The notes under the pieces: generated by a model
What the model saw: the letters and a program-made list of their open reading frames with translations, nothing else
The model's database searches: none
Told to the model about the DNA's origin: nothing
Shown here: positions 1-10,700 of the stretch, piece by piece
How the letters are laid out: each line of letters begins with the position of its first letter
Numbering within the stretch: the first letter of the stretch is position 1
Assembly: GCA_965240325.2 (NCBI GenBank)
Contig: OZ251224.1
Coordinates: 3,472,001-3,536,000, forward strand
DNA from: Rebecca billardiae RCC1528
Taxonomy: Eukaryota; Protista; Haptophyta
DNA length: 64,000 bases
Direction: 5' to 3'
Program-made: the position numbers and the translations under genes

Positions 1-318
1 GCCTTCGACGGACATGACCACCACCCTGCGCTGGGAGACCCCGTTGAAACGCTTGGTCATGGGCGTGGCCTCCAGACGCGCATCCAGGCGCAACATTCTG
101 TCCGAGAGCAGGTAGCCTGGAATCTCGCCGTCACCCGTCACGAGGAACTCTGTATACACCTCGGGAATCCAGAGCCCCACCGGGGCTTTGTTGCCATCGC
201 GCGCAACGTGCGTCAACTTGCCGTGCTCCACCAGCGGCTGCACAGCCACATAGCGCCTATAGTCGGCGGCGGTCGCCGACGAGTTCTCCGTGCCCGGCTC
301 GCCTGGCCTCCGCGACAT
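1..318 (-). CDS. Partial ORF of unknown function running off the left edge (MSRRPGEPGTENSSAT...VVVMSVEG)
   Basis: ATG at 318-316 opens a stop-free frame of 106 codons to the window edge. No family recognised. It lies next to transposon-end repeats. Confidence 0.35.
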   Translation of the reverse strand, partial: MSRRPGEPGTENSSATAADYRRYVAVQPLVEHGKLTHVARDGNKAPVGLWIPEVYTEFLVTGDGEIPGYLLSDRMLRLDARLEATPMTKRFNGVSQRRVVVMSVEG

Positions 319-440
319 CGTGAAGTGAAAGACTTTCGCCTTCGTGCGCTGCGCGCGTTTTATTTGTTTTTCCCGACGCGAGCTGGTCCGGTCCTCCTGG
401 GATCACCGGACGGAGCCAGCCGCCGACGTGGTGATGACAG

Positions 441-474
441 TACAGTTTACTATGTTTTAACGTGCACACTTGGT
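441..474 (+). mobile_element. Transposon/MITE terminus, family B (TACAGTTTACTATGTTTTAACGTGCACACTTGGT)
   Basis: Reverse-complement relatives at 59509-59544, 44915-44956 and 42838-42871. Begins TA|CAGT. Confidence 0.65.
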
Positions 475-481
475 TCAGTCG

Positions 482-530
482 TACAGTTTACTAAGAATAA
501 GAGACGCACACAGCTCAGGCAGGCGAGATT
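482..530 (+). mobile_element. Transposon/MITE terminus, family A (TACAGTTTACTAAGAATAAGAGACGCACACAGCTCAGGCAGGCGAGATT)
   Basis: Identical to 29438-29486 and matches the left arm of the complete MITE at 26023-26102. Confidence 0.75.
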
Positions 531-642
531 CAGTACAGTAGTAGTCTTAGAGTACATTAGTGAGGATCTGTCAGATGCATGACAGCCTGAAGTTACTACG
601 CAGCACGTGCGTGCACGACACTCGCGTGGCACCGCTGCGCCT

Positions 643-2350
643 TCAGAACCCCACGGTCACAATCTGCGGGGCACGCTCGCGGTCCTTCCCGCCCGCCGGC
701 GCGCTGCCGAACACGTTGGCAAAGAGCTCGTGCAGAGCCACCGGCTCGGCGACCGGCGTGGGGAACATGAAGTTCTGCAGCTTGGGGTGCAGCTCGTACG
801 ACACCTTCCGTCCCTTGCTCGCGCGGCGGTCGACGTCGCGCTTGCGCCGCTTGAGCGCCGGCCGGGCCACGCCGGCGTCGGCCGCGACGGCGCTATCTGC
901 GTGCCGGTCCACAAAGTCCTGCCGGGGCGCGGCGCGCGTGCGTGCACGCGCGCGGGGCGTTTTCGCGTTGGGCGCATGCAGCACCGCGGCGTGCGCGGCC
1001 GCGGGGGGCGGCGCCGGCGCGCGGAGGCGCCGCGGGCGCCGCGCGCACCTTGAGCTGCGCGTGGTACAGATCCGTGTCGTCATACACGTGCACCGAGCTC
1101 GCGCCCTCCCCTGCGCTCGCACCGGCCGCCGCGCCGTCGCCGCCCGCGCCGGCCACCGCCTGCTGCTGCGCGGCGCGTCGATAGCCGAGGGGAAGCGCGC
1201 CCGTTCGGATCGTGTGCGCGCGAGAGATGAGCCTCGAGGAGTCGGCGAGGACCGCCTCCACCTGCTGGCCGATGTTGCGGTGGAACGCCTTGAACTGCTT
1301 CCCGGAGCCGCCCGCGCCGCCCGTGTCCGCCAGCCCCGCGCGCCCGGCCCACTCGTCGAGCGACGAGATTGCATCTGGCAGCAGCGCGCTCGTGTGTGCC
1401 TCCGTCTGCTGCCACGCGCGGCGCACGCGCGCGTCGAGGTCGCCGGCGTGGCTCTGCGGCTCCGCCTCGTCGTCGTCGGCGCGCTCGCCGTTGCGCAGCG
1501 AGCGCGAGAGCGCGAGCAGGTCCGCGCACAGGCCGAGGGCCTCCTCCGCCGCCGCCGTGTGCGCGCTCCTGTGCTCGCGCGTGTGCGCGGCCCCTTCGCG
1601 CAGCAGTTCGGGCTCGGGCAGCCGGTTGGCGCACGCGAGCGCCTTGTGCAGCAGGATGCGCACGTTGAAGACCTGCTCCCACGCCGCGCGCTGCGCCGAG
1701 GCCTCCCTCGCGCGCTTGAGCTCGCGCTGGCTCTGCTGCTGCAGCTGCTGCGCCAGGCTCGCCTCCTCCGCGTCCAGCTCAGCCCACGCCGCCCGCAGCG
1801 CCTCGGGCTCGTCCGAGTCCAAGCCGCGCGCGCCGTTCTGCGCGGTGGCAGCCGCGGGCTTGCGTGCCACGCGAGCCTGGCTGCCACCGCCGGCATCGGC
1901 GCCATCGCCATCCTCATCATCCTCCTCCTCCTCCTCGCTGTCACTCGACGCGCCCTCGGCGCCACCATCGCTTCTCGCCTCGTCGCCAATATCAGCGTCG
2001 TCGTCGTCGTCATCGTCATCCTCCTCGCCCTCGTCCTCCGACTCCTCCACCGCCGCCGCCTGGGGTTTCTTCTTGGGCTTCGCGCCGCCCGCCCCAAACT
2101 GTGCCTCCCACTGGGCCCTCGTCGTGCGCTTGGTCGGGTAGCGCTGTGTCACCTCATCCAGCTCGCCCGCCATTCGCTTCCGGCGCGTCCGCAGCGCGTC
2201 TTGATCGAGTGCCTCCTCGCCGTCCTCCGGGGCGAACACGCGCGCTCCGTCATCCATGAAGCCATCGCCGTCGGGATCGAAGTCCGCGACGGGCTTTGGG
2301 TCCAACAGCGCCGCGATCTCGTCCGCGACGTACTTGCTGGCCTTCACCAT
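643..2350 (-). CDS. AATF: AATF/Che-1/Bfr2 family protein (SSU processome); 2 exons
   Basis: Acidic N-terminal half and C-terminal TRAUB motif (YDDTDLYHAQLK|DFVD...DVDRRASKGRKVSYELHPKLQNFMFP). A GT-AG intron at 1048-919 joins the two ORF-track frames. Confidence 0.9.
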
Positions 2351-2501
2351 CGCTGCGCGTGCCCAGGGCCGCTTCCACAGTCCGGCCAGGGCCACCCGTC
2401 CGGATCTTAGCCGTGCGTGTTGCAGTCAGCTCACCAAGCTCTGTCACCGGCCGCCGCCCCACGCATTCGCGCACTCGCGAGCGCGCGCCGCCTGCTACGC
2501 C

Positions 2502-5012
2502 ATGGGCTCTCGGCGAGGCCCTTCGCCCATGGCGATCACCCCCGACCGGCTCTCTACGGTCGCACCCGGTGCGAACGACGCGCCGCTCAGCCGCTACGTC
2601 CTCACGCTCGTCGAGAACACTCGCCGCGAGGTCGGGCTCGCCGCAGTCGACCTCGAGGGCGCGCCCGAGATCTCGCTCTGCCAGCTGGCAGATGACAAGG
2701 TGTACTCCAAGTCGATGAGCATGCTCGCGCGATACGAGCCGACCGTCGTCGTCTACTGCGCGAGCGCCGGCAAAGGCGACGTCATCGGTGGCCTCGCCGG
2801 GACGGTTCGCCGATCGGACATCGCGTCGGCGCACTGCGATGCGTTCCCGCGCAAGTTCTTCTCGGAGCAGGCGGGACTCGAGCGCGTGCGCGAGCTGTCG
2901 GTGAAGGGCGAGGCGGCGACTGTCGAGAACGAGCTCGCCCCGCTTTACCTCGCGCTCGCCGCGGCTAACGCGCTCGTCGAGTACTGCCGGTGGAAGCTGG
3001 GCGCGCACATGCATGCGCACGCGGTGCGCTTCAAGCTCGTGCAGGTGAGCGGCTACATGCTCGTCGACCCGTCGACGCTGGCGAACCTGGAGGTGCTCGC
3101 GAACGCGCGGACGGGCGACACCAAGCAGTGCCTCTTCGGCGTGCTCAACAAGTGCCGCACGCGCGGCGGCCAGCGGCTGCTCCGCGCGTCGCTGCGCATG
3201 CCGCTTCGCGACCGCCCTTCGATCGTCGCGCGGCAGGCGTGCGTGCAGGAGCTGCTCAGCTCGAACAAGCTCTTCGAGGACGCGCTGCGCGCGCTCGAGC
3301 CCTTCGGCGACGTGGACGCGGTGCTTCGCGCCATCTCGCGCAAGCAGCCCGCCGAGGGCGCCGCGGGCACGCAGCAGGCCGGCCTCCAGGCGCGCGCGGT
3401 CGCGCAGCTCACCGGTCTGCTCCGGCTGCGCCACCTGCTCGGCCTGGTGGCGCAGCTCGAGGGCGCGCTCACGCAGAAGGGCACGCGCGAGCCGGAGTCG
3501 GCGATCCTGCGCAAGTGCGTCGAGCAGCTGCGCCGCCCGGCGCTCGGCGCCATCATCGCGCGGCTCGACGCCGTGATCAGCCCCGACCTCGACCTCTCCC
3601 GCGCCAAGCAGCCGGGCACGCACGTCGAGGCGCTGCGCGAGGGCATCAGCTCTGTGCTCGACCACACGCGCGCCGTGTGGCGCCAGTCGTACAAGGACCT
3701 GCACACGCTCGTGGACATGTACAACGAGGACGCGTCGGGCGCGCGCGTGTTCTCGCTCGGGTACAACCCGCGCCGCGGCTACCACCTCAACGCGCCGCTC
3801 TCCGTGCGCGCCGACCTCGACGGCACGTTCCTGCATGTCGCGCACGTCTCGAAGAAGACGCTCGCGTGCTCGACCTCGCAGCTTGAGCAGGTGAACGCGC
3901 GCATGCGCAAGACGTACGAGGAGATCGTGCTGCTCAACGACAAGGAGATCGAGGACGTGCTCAAGGCGGTGCGCGCCGACATGCTCCACCTCTACCTCCT
4001 CTCCGAGTCCATCCACCTCGTCGACATGATGGCCGCGCTCGCCGAGCTCGCCACGCTCTCGTCCGAGGAGTACGTTCTGCCCGAGATAACGGCGGACGGC
4101 CCGCTGGTCGTGCGCAGCGGGCGGCACGTGCTGCTCGAGCACCTGGGGAGCGTGGACGAGCCGATGCCGAACAGCGTGTACCTCTCCGAGGCGTCCAACT
4201 TCGTGCTCCTCACCGGGCCCAACATGAGCGGCAAGTCCACGCTGCTGCAGCAGAACATGCTGATCGTGCTCCTCGCGCACATCGGCGCGCTCGTGCCGGC
4301 GCAGTTTGCGTCCGTGCCCGTCTTCGACCGGCTCTTCTCGCGGCTCGGCTCGGGTGACTGCCTCGAGTCGAACGCCTCGACGTTCACCGTCGAGATGCTC
4401 GACGTGGCGCACATCGCGAAGGCCATCGCGCACGAGCCGGAGATGCGCGCGCTCGTCGTCATCGACGAGCTCGGCCGCGGCACCTCCAACAGCGAGGGCC
4501 TCGCGATCGCGTGGGCGGTCGCGGAGCACCTCGCAGAGTCGCGCCGGCTCTACTCGCTCTTCGCGACGCACTTCTTGCAGCTGCAGGACCTGGCGAAGCT
4601 GTACGCGAACGTGCGCTGCTTCACCATGACCGTCGTGCAGGATGTGCAGAACGCGCGCTTCGCCATGCCGCACCGCATGACCGAGGGCACGAGCGAGCGG
4701 CTCGACCTGCTCACCGGCGCGCTCGCAGCGGTCGCGGGCATCCCGCCAAGCTTCACCGAGCGCGCGCGCGCGATCGCAGCGTCGCTGAGCGAGCGGACCA
4801 TCTGCGCGGTGACGACGACCACGGAGAAGTGCGCCACTCACCGCATCGCTGAGATGTGCCTCAACCTACGCCACAGCTCGCTCACCGAGGACTCGGCCGA
4901 GCTGCGCACGATGCTGCTCGAGCTACAGCAGGAGGCGCGTGTGGTCGTCGGCAGCGCGCAGCCTGGCACTGCCGGCTGCGCGGCGCCAGACGGCGTCGTC
5001 GACTGTGCGTGA
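2502..5012 (+). CDS. MSH4: MutS homolog 4 (meiotic MutS-gamma subunit)
   Basis: Lacks the mismatch-binding domain I. Shows EVGLAAVDL...LCQLADD connector, Walker A TGPNMSGKST, SNASTFTVEM and IDELGRGTSNSEG..IAWAVAEHL. Intronless; start ATG approximate. Confidence 0.82.
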   Translation: MGSRRGPSPMAITPDRLSTVAPGANDAPLSRYVLTLVENTRREVGLAAVDLEGAPEISLCQLADDKVYSKSMSMLARYEPTVVVYCASAGKGDVIGGLAGTVRRSDIASAHCDAFPRKFFSEQAGLERVRELSVKGEAATVENELAPLYLALAAANALVEYCRWKLGAHMHAHAVRFKLVQVSGYMLVDPSTLANLEVLANARTGDTKQCLFGVLNKCRTRGGQRLLRASLRMPLRDRPSIVARQACVQELLSSNKLFEDALRALEPFGDVDAVLRAISRKQPAEGAAGTQQAGLQARAVAQLTGLLRLRHLLGLVAQLEGALTQKGTREPESAILRKCVEQLRRPALGAIIARLDAVISPDLDLSRAKQPGTHVEALREGISSVLDHTRAVWRQSYKDLHTLVDMYNEDASGARVFSLGYNPRRGYHLNAPLSVRADLDGTFLHVAHVSKKTLACSTSQLEQVNARMRKTYEEIVLLNDKEIEDVLKAVRADMLHLYLLSESIHLVDMMAALAELATLSSEEYVLPEITADGPLVVRSGRHVLLEHLGSVDEPMPNSVYLSEASNFVLLTGPNMSGKSTLLQQNMLIVLLAHIGALVPAQFASVPVFDRLFSRLGSGDCLESNASTFTVEMLDVAHIAKAIAHEPEMRALVVIDELGRGTSNSEGLAIAWAVAEHLAESRRLYSLFATHFLQLQDLAKLYANVRCFTMTVVQDVQNARFAMPHRMTEGTSERLDLLTGALAAVAGIPPSFTERARAIAASLSERTICAVTTTTEKCATHRIAEMCLNLRHSSLTEDSAELRTMLLELQQEARVVVGSAQPGTAGCAAPDGVVDCA

Positions 5013-5505
5013 TCATAGCCCGCAGCCGCCCGCGCTACCCGGGACCCCGCCAGCCCCAGTTGGCGGGGCCGGGCCCAGGCCGGAGGCCCAGCCCCGGGCC
5101 CCGGGGGCACCGGACCGCACCGGTCGCGCCCGCTAGCCCCCGCCCGCTACGGAGTCGGAGTTCCGATTCCGAATTGACCAATGGCAATGCGGGCAATGAC
5201 TCCCGCAGGCCGCAATGACCGCGTTGATCAATTCCGCCGCCTGCGCCATGACGAGTCCCTGAAATTAGATATAGGGCGGACTTCGTCACTATGAAGCACA
5301 CGTGCGTCATGCTAGGGACTGGCGCTCAGGCTACGCAGTGACTCGACTGTCACACTGAATGAGCTAGGGCTGCCAGTAGGGACGCTGTCGAACCGCGAGA
5401 ACGTAGCCTCAGCAAGCGCTTCGCGGCGGCTCCGCCGTCCAACTTGGCACTGCATACTCCCGATGCATGGGCTGAGTGAGAGGTGCACACGTTGACGGCA
5501 TCTTC

Positions 5506-5955
5506 TCATTGAGGGGCGGGCTTGGGACCGTCGAAGAAGAGGTGCTCGATCCAGGCCGTGATCTCATCCTGCATGAGCGCGCCCTCGAGGCGCCCTACGA
5601 CATTCTTGTCCTTGATGAAGAGCAGTGTTGGCAGGGCATGGACACGCAGGTACTCCGCAAGATCATCCTCTACGTCCGCATCGATCTTTCCGATGCGCAC
5701 GCGCTCGCCGTACGCGTCGGCCACCTTGTCGAGCTGCGGGGCCATAAGCTGGCACGGCCCGCACCAGTGCGCATACACGTCCACGAGGAGCGGCGTGGAA
5801 GCTTGCGCGGCGGCACTGAAAGTTTCCACGTTCATGTCCTCGGCCTTGCCCAGCATGGTCACGCGTGAGCGTGACAACGCCCGACCGCTCCATGCGGCGG
5901 CTCTTGGCGTGATTGGCGACACCGCGCTGGCGGCCAAGAGCGCGACGCACCACAT
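5506..5955 (-). CDS. Plastid-type thioredoxin (y/z-like) with a signal/transit presequence
   Basis: WCGPC active site, LPTL cis-Pro loop and a hydrophobic N-terminal leader. Confidence 0.88.
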   Translation of the reverse strand: MWCVALLAASAVSPITPRAAAWSGRALSRSRVTMLGKAEDMNVETFSAAAQASTPLLVDVYAHWCGPCQLMAPQLDKVADAYGERVRIGKIDADVEDDLAEYLRVHALPTLLFIKDKNVVGRLEGALMQDEITAWIEHLFFDGPKPAPQ

Positions 5956-6167
5956 GGCTCGGCGAACGACGTCGATCGGGCCCGCGCGAGCTCGCGATGG
6001 TTGATGTCGTGGGTGCGCACCCGAGATGACCGCGCTGTTTTAGATAGTGCGTTACGTGAGTAAGGGGACTAAATAGAGGGCGAGCCTGAAGTCGAAGAGA
6101 CTTCTCAGACGAGCCGCGCGGCGGCTCCACGGCCGCACCCGCGCGGCTTTGGTCCGTGGCGCGCACG

Positions 6168-7298
6168 ATGGCGCGCATGAGCGCCATCGGCGAGCTGCTC
6201 GCCAAGCGTCCCGTCGACGCCATCGCCATCTGCAAAGGTGCCAACCCCACGAAGCTCGCTGTGTCCACCTCCTCCCTCTTCGACTCGGTGTTTGACGGCC
6301 GGGTCCTGCTTGGCTTTGTGAGCGACGATGGTTGCGCGCGCGCCGAGCATGCGATTCCGATGCCCGTGGGCAGCTCCTCGCTCGACTTTGTGAGCGAGGA
6401 CGTGCTCGCGGTGGGTGGAGACGACGGGATCGTCCGCATCATCTCCACGTCGTGCGCCCGGCGGCTCACCGAGCTCGTCGAGCACGACGGTGCGATCACC
6501 TGCGTGCGCACAGCGCCTGATGACGGCACGCGGATCGCATCGTGCGGCTCGGATGCGCAGCTCAAGCTGTGGAGCCTCGCGCGGCCAGAGGCGGCGGATC
6601 AGACCATTGCTGCGGACCCGTCGGATCCCCTGGTCGCGCTCCGCTTCGTCGGCCCCGTCTGCGTCCTCTGTGCGTCTCGACACGGCGCTGTGTGCGTGTG
6701 GGACGTGCGCGCGCCGCCCGGCGCGAGGTGCGTTGTGCGCGCGGCGCGCCTCCCGGCTGCGGCGGGCACGGCGAGGGCGGAGCTGGGCGTCGCAAGCATC
6801 AGCGCGCTCGACTGTGCCGCGGCAGATCTCTCCGCGCCGATCGCGCTGGGTACCGACGCTGGGCTCGTGGCGCTCTTCGACTGGCGCTTGCCTGGCGGCA
6901 CGCACACAGACCGTGCCGGCGGGCTCGATGCTGGGCGGACGCTGGCACCGCTCCTGACCTTTGCCGCGGCGCGCGGCCAGCGCACGCAGGGCGTCGAGCT
7001 GCGCGCAGCGCCCTCGGCGGCTGGCTGGGTGCAGCGGGTGCGCGCACTGCACTTTGTGAGCGGTGCGGACGGGCGCGCCCTCGCGACTGCCTCCGGGAGC
7101 GCATGCACGGTGCACGCCACGCTGGATGGCTTGCCACTTGCCACATACACGCACGACGAGCCGCTGGTCGACGTGTGCAGCGTGCCGTGGCCGGGCGCGA
7201 CGGCGCGCGCGGAGGCGGCGTCGGACGCGCTCCTGCTGCTGGGTAGCGTGGATCGGCGCGTCGTGACGGCGCATGTGGGCCGTGGAGGCAACGCCTGA
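6168..7298 (+). CDS. WD40-repeat protein
   Basis: Motifs HDGAITCV...IASCGSDAQLKLWSL, VCVWDVR and VALFDWR. Start codon uncertain (6168 or 6177). Confidence 0.75.
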   Translation: MARMSAIGELLAKRPVDAIAICKGANPTKLAVSTSSLFDSVFDGRVLLGFVSDDGCARAEHAIPMPVGSSSLDFVSEDVLAVGGDDGIVRIISTSCARRLTELVEHDGAITCVRTAPDDGTRIASCGSDAQLKLWSLARPEAADQTIAADPSDPLVALRFVGPVCVLCASRHGAVCVWDVRAPPGARCVVRAARLPAAAGTARAELGVASISALDCAAADLSAPIALGTDAGLVALFDWRLPGGTHTDRAGGLDAGRTLAPLLTFAAARGQRTQGVELRAAPSAAGWVQRVRALHFVSGADGRALATASGSACTVHATLDGLPLATYTHDEPLVDVCSVPWPGATARAEAASDALLLLGSVDRRVVTAHVGRGGNA

Positions 7299-7708
7299 GC
7301 CCGGCCGGGGGGCGGCCCGTGTGCGGGCCCGTCTGGCGGTCCTCGTGAATGGTCGCGCGCTCAGAACTGCGCGCTGACTTGTGGTAAATTCCTCCATTCT
7401 GCGATTCTTTTCCATGCAGAGTGCCTCCGCCGCCGCCGGAGTAGATGATGGCAGCCGGGCGAAATTCATCGGCGGAGATTGGACGTTGGCACTGTGGAGA
7501 TTTGCCCGGGCTCCGAATTCCGAAGGCCGCTTGTCGGCTGATTCGGTGATTCCGTCCACCCCAGCGCGCCTTCGGCAGGACTTCCGACGGGATCCGGCGC
7601 ACATGCGACGAATCTTGGTGCTCCGGAGCGATCACGGGCGCCCTCGGCCGGCTTCATCACCGTCGTCGGCTCCATCAAGTCGCGTGCACGGCTGTCGACC
7701 GCGCCGCA

Positions 7709-10700
7709 ATGATGCGCGTCGCGCTGCTGCTGAGCGCGCTCGCGTGCGCCCACTCGCTGGTCTCGCCAGCGGGTCTGGCGCCGCGCACGGGTGCGACTGC
7801 TTTCGCCCCCACCGCCAAGCTCTCTGCCGCGTCGGTCGCCGATCCGGCCGTGCACCGCTCGCGCATTGCGCGCGCGGTCGGGTCGGGCCGGCGCGCGCGC
7901 ATCCACGCGACCGCGACCGATCTGCCGGCGGCGGCCGTCTCCCAGTCTGAGGCCGATGCGAAGCTCGTCAAGTACGTCAACGACCGCGGTGGCAAGCGGG
8001 TGTGCGCACACGCGCGCAGCATCGCACGCGGCCGCGCGTGCAGTCGTGGCACGCGCTGATTGCGTGCGCGGACGAGGCCGCTGCTGCATCGGGTGGGCAC
8101 GGCGGGCGGTGCGGGCTGGCATGCAGGCTGTGCGGGTGGGTGAGACCATGCCTGGCCGGCCCTGCGCGTGTGCGCGGAGGGGGTTGCCCCGCGCTGCGTG
8201 CGGCCGGCGCTGGCGCGCACAGTGCATTTCTGACTGGCACCCCAACTGCGCTTCGCTCGCCGCCGCGCCGCGCGCGCGCGCCTCCGGCTCGCGGCTCCGG
8301 CCCGCGCCGCCGCGCCGCCGCGCAGGTGATCCGCAAGGTGCTCATCGCGAACAACGGCATGGCCTCGCTCAAGACCATCATGTCCATCCGCCAGTGGGCA
8401 TACATGGAGTTTGGCGACGAGCGCGTGATCCAGTTCATCGTGCTCGCGACGCCAGAGGACCTCGCGGCCAACGCCGAGTTCATCCGCCGCGCGGACGACT
8501 TCGTCGAGGTGCCCGGCGGCTCGAACGCGAACAACTACGCGAACGTGCAGCTCATCGCGGACACGGCCGTCGCGCAGCAGGTCGACGCCGTCATGGTCGG
8601 CTGGGGCCACGCGTCCGAGAACCCGAAGCTCCCCGACATGCTGACCGAGCTCTCGGCGCAGCTCGGCCGCGAGATCACCTTCGTCGGCCCGACGGCGCCG
8701 GTGATGCGCGTGCTCGGCGACAAGATCGGCTCGACGCTGCTCGCGCAGGCGGCCGACGTCTCCACCATGCCGTGGAACGGCGACGGCCTCACCGCCACCA
8801 TCGACGAGAACGGCGACATCCCGGCCGACGTGTTTGACTCTGCGTGCATCCACTCGGAGGAGGAGGCGGTGGAGTCGGCCAACAGGATCGGCTACCCGGT
8901 GATGCTCAAGGCGTCGGAGGGCGGCGGCGGCAAGGGCATCCGCAAGGCGCTGAACGAGGAGGAGCTGCGCGCGGGCTACCCCCAGGTCGTGAACGAGGTG
9001 CCCGGCTCGCCCGTCTTCCTGATGAAGCTGTGCGCGCAGGCGCGCCACCTGGAGGTGCAGATCATCGGAGACGAGCACGGCAACGCGATCGCGCTCAACG
9101 GCCGCGACTGCTCGACGCAGCGGCGGCACCAGAAGATCTTCGAGGAGGGCCCGCCGACGATCGCGCCGCCGGAGGTGTTCCGCGAGATGGAGAACGCCGC
9201 CGTCCGCCTCTGCAAGGAGATCGGCTACCGCTCCGCCGGCACGGTCGAGTACCTGTACAACGCCGAGACGAAGACGTACTTCTTCCTCGAGCTCAACCCG
9301 CGGCTGCAGGTCGAGCACCCGGTGACGGAGGGGCTGACGGGCGTGTCGCTGCCGGCGACGCAGCTGCAGGTGGCGATGGGGATCCCGCTGAACAAGGTGC
9401 CGCAGGTCCGCGCCTTCTACGCCCGCGACCCGTACTCCCTCGCCGACGACCTCGACCTCGCCAACTCGGAGCCGGCGCCGATCCCGCGGCACGTGATTGC
9501 GGCGCGCATCACCGCCGAGAACCCGGACGAGGGCTTCAAGCCGACGTCGGGCCGGATCGACCGGATCAACTTCCAGTCGACGGGCAACGTGTGGGGCTAC
9601 TTCTCCGTCACGGCCAACGGCGGCGTGCACGAGTACGCCGACTCGCAGTTCGGCCACCTCTTCGCGTCCGGCCCGACGCGCGAGGCGGCGCGCAAGTCGC
9701 TCGTGCTCGCGCTCAAGGAGCTCTTCATCCACGGCGAGATCCGCACGACGGTGGAGTACCTGATCCAGCTGCTCGAGACGGACACGTTCAAGGACAACAC
9801 GCTGGACACGGCGTGGCTCGACGGCCTCATCGCCTCGCGCTCGCTCGGCATCGCGATGGACGCGCCCGACGTGGTGATGTGCGCCTCGGTCGTGCGCGCG
9901 TTCCGCCGCGTCGCCGAGGCGCAGGAGGCGTTCCTCCTCGCGCTGCAGAAGGGCCAGCTCTCGACGTCGCCGCTGCTCGAGGTGCGGCAGTTCCAGATGG
10001 AGACGACGCACGAGAACGTCAAGTACCTCTTCGACGTGAAGCGCACCTCGCCCGACACCTTCACCATGACGATCAACGGCGAGTCGACCACGGTCAAGGT
10101 CCGGCAGATGGCCGACGGCTCGCTGCTCATCATGTACCGCGGCTCGACCCACCAGGTGTTCGCGACCGAGGAGCCGCTCGGGCTGCGCATGGTGCTCGAC
10201 GGCGTGACGGTGCTGCTGCCCAAGGCGTACGACCCGTCGGAGCTCCGCTCGGACACCACCGGCAAGGTCGTGCGCTACCTCAAGCCCGAGGGCGAGACCG
10301 TCGAGCGCGGCGAGCCGTACGTCGAGGTCGAGGCGATGAAGATGATCATGCCCCTCAAGGCAGGCGAGACGGGCGTCGTCACGCCGACCAAGCAGGCGGG
10401 GTCGATCATCCAGCAGGGCGACCTGCTCGCGACGCTCGAGCTGGCCGACCCGTCCAAGGTGCAGCGCATCACTAACTTCGAGGGCGAGCTCAAGCTCCCC
10501 GCCGCGCCCACCTGGACCGCCGAGCCCGAGAAGACGGTCCTCGAGACGGCGCGCGCCGCGTACGACGACCTGCTGCTCGTCTTTGACGGCTACGAGAAGG
10601 AGGTGGAGCCGCTGGTGCAGACGCTGCTGCGCGCGCTCTCGGACCGCACGCTGCTGCCGCTCACGGCGCTCGACGCGATGGCCAACCTGGGCAACAAGCT

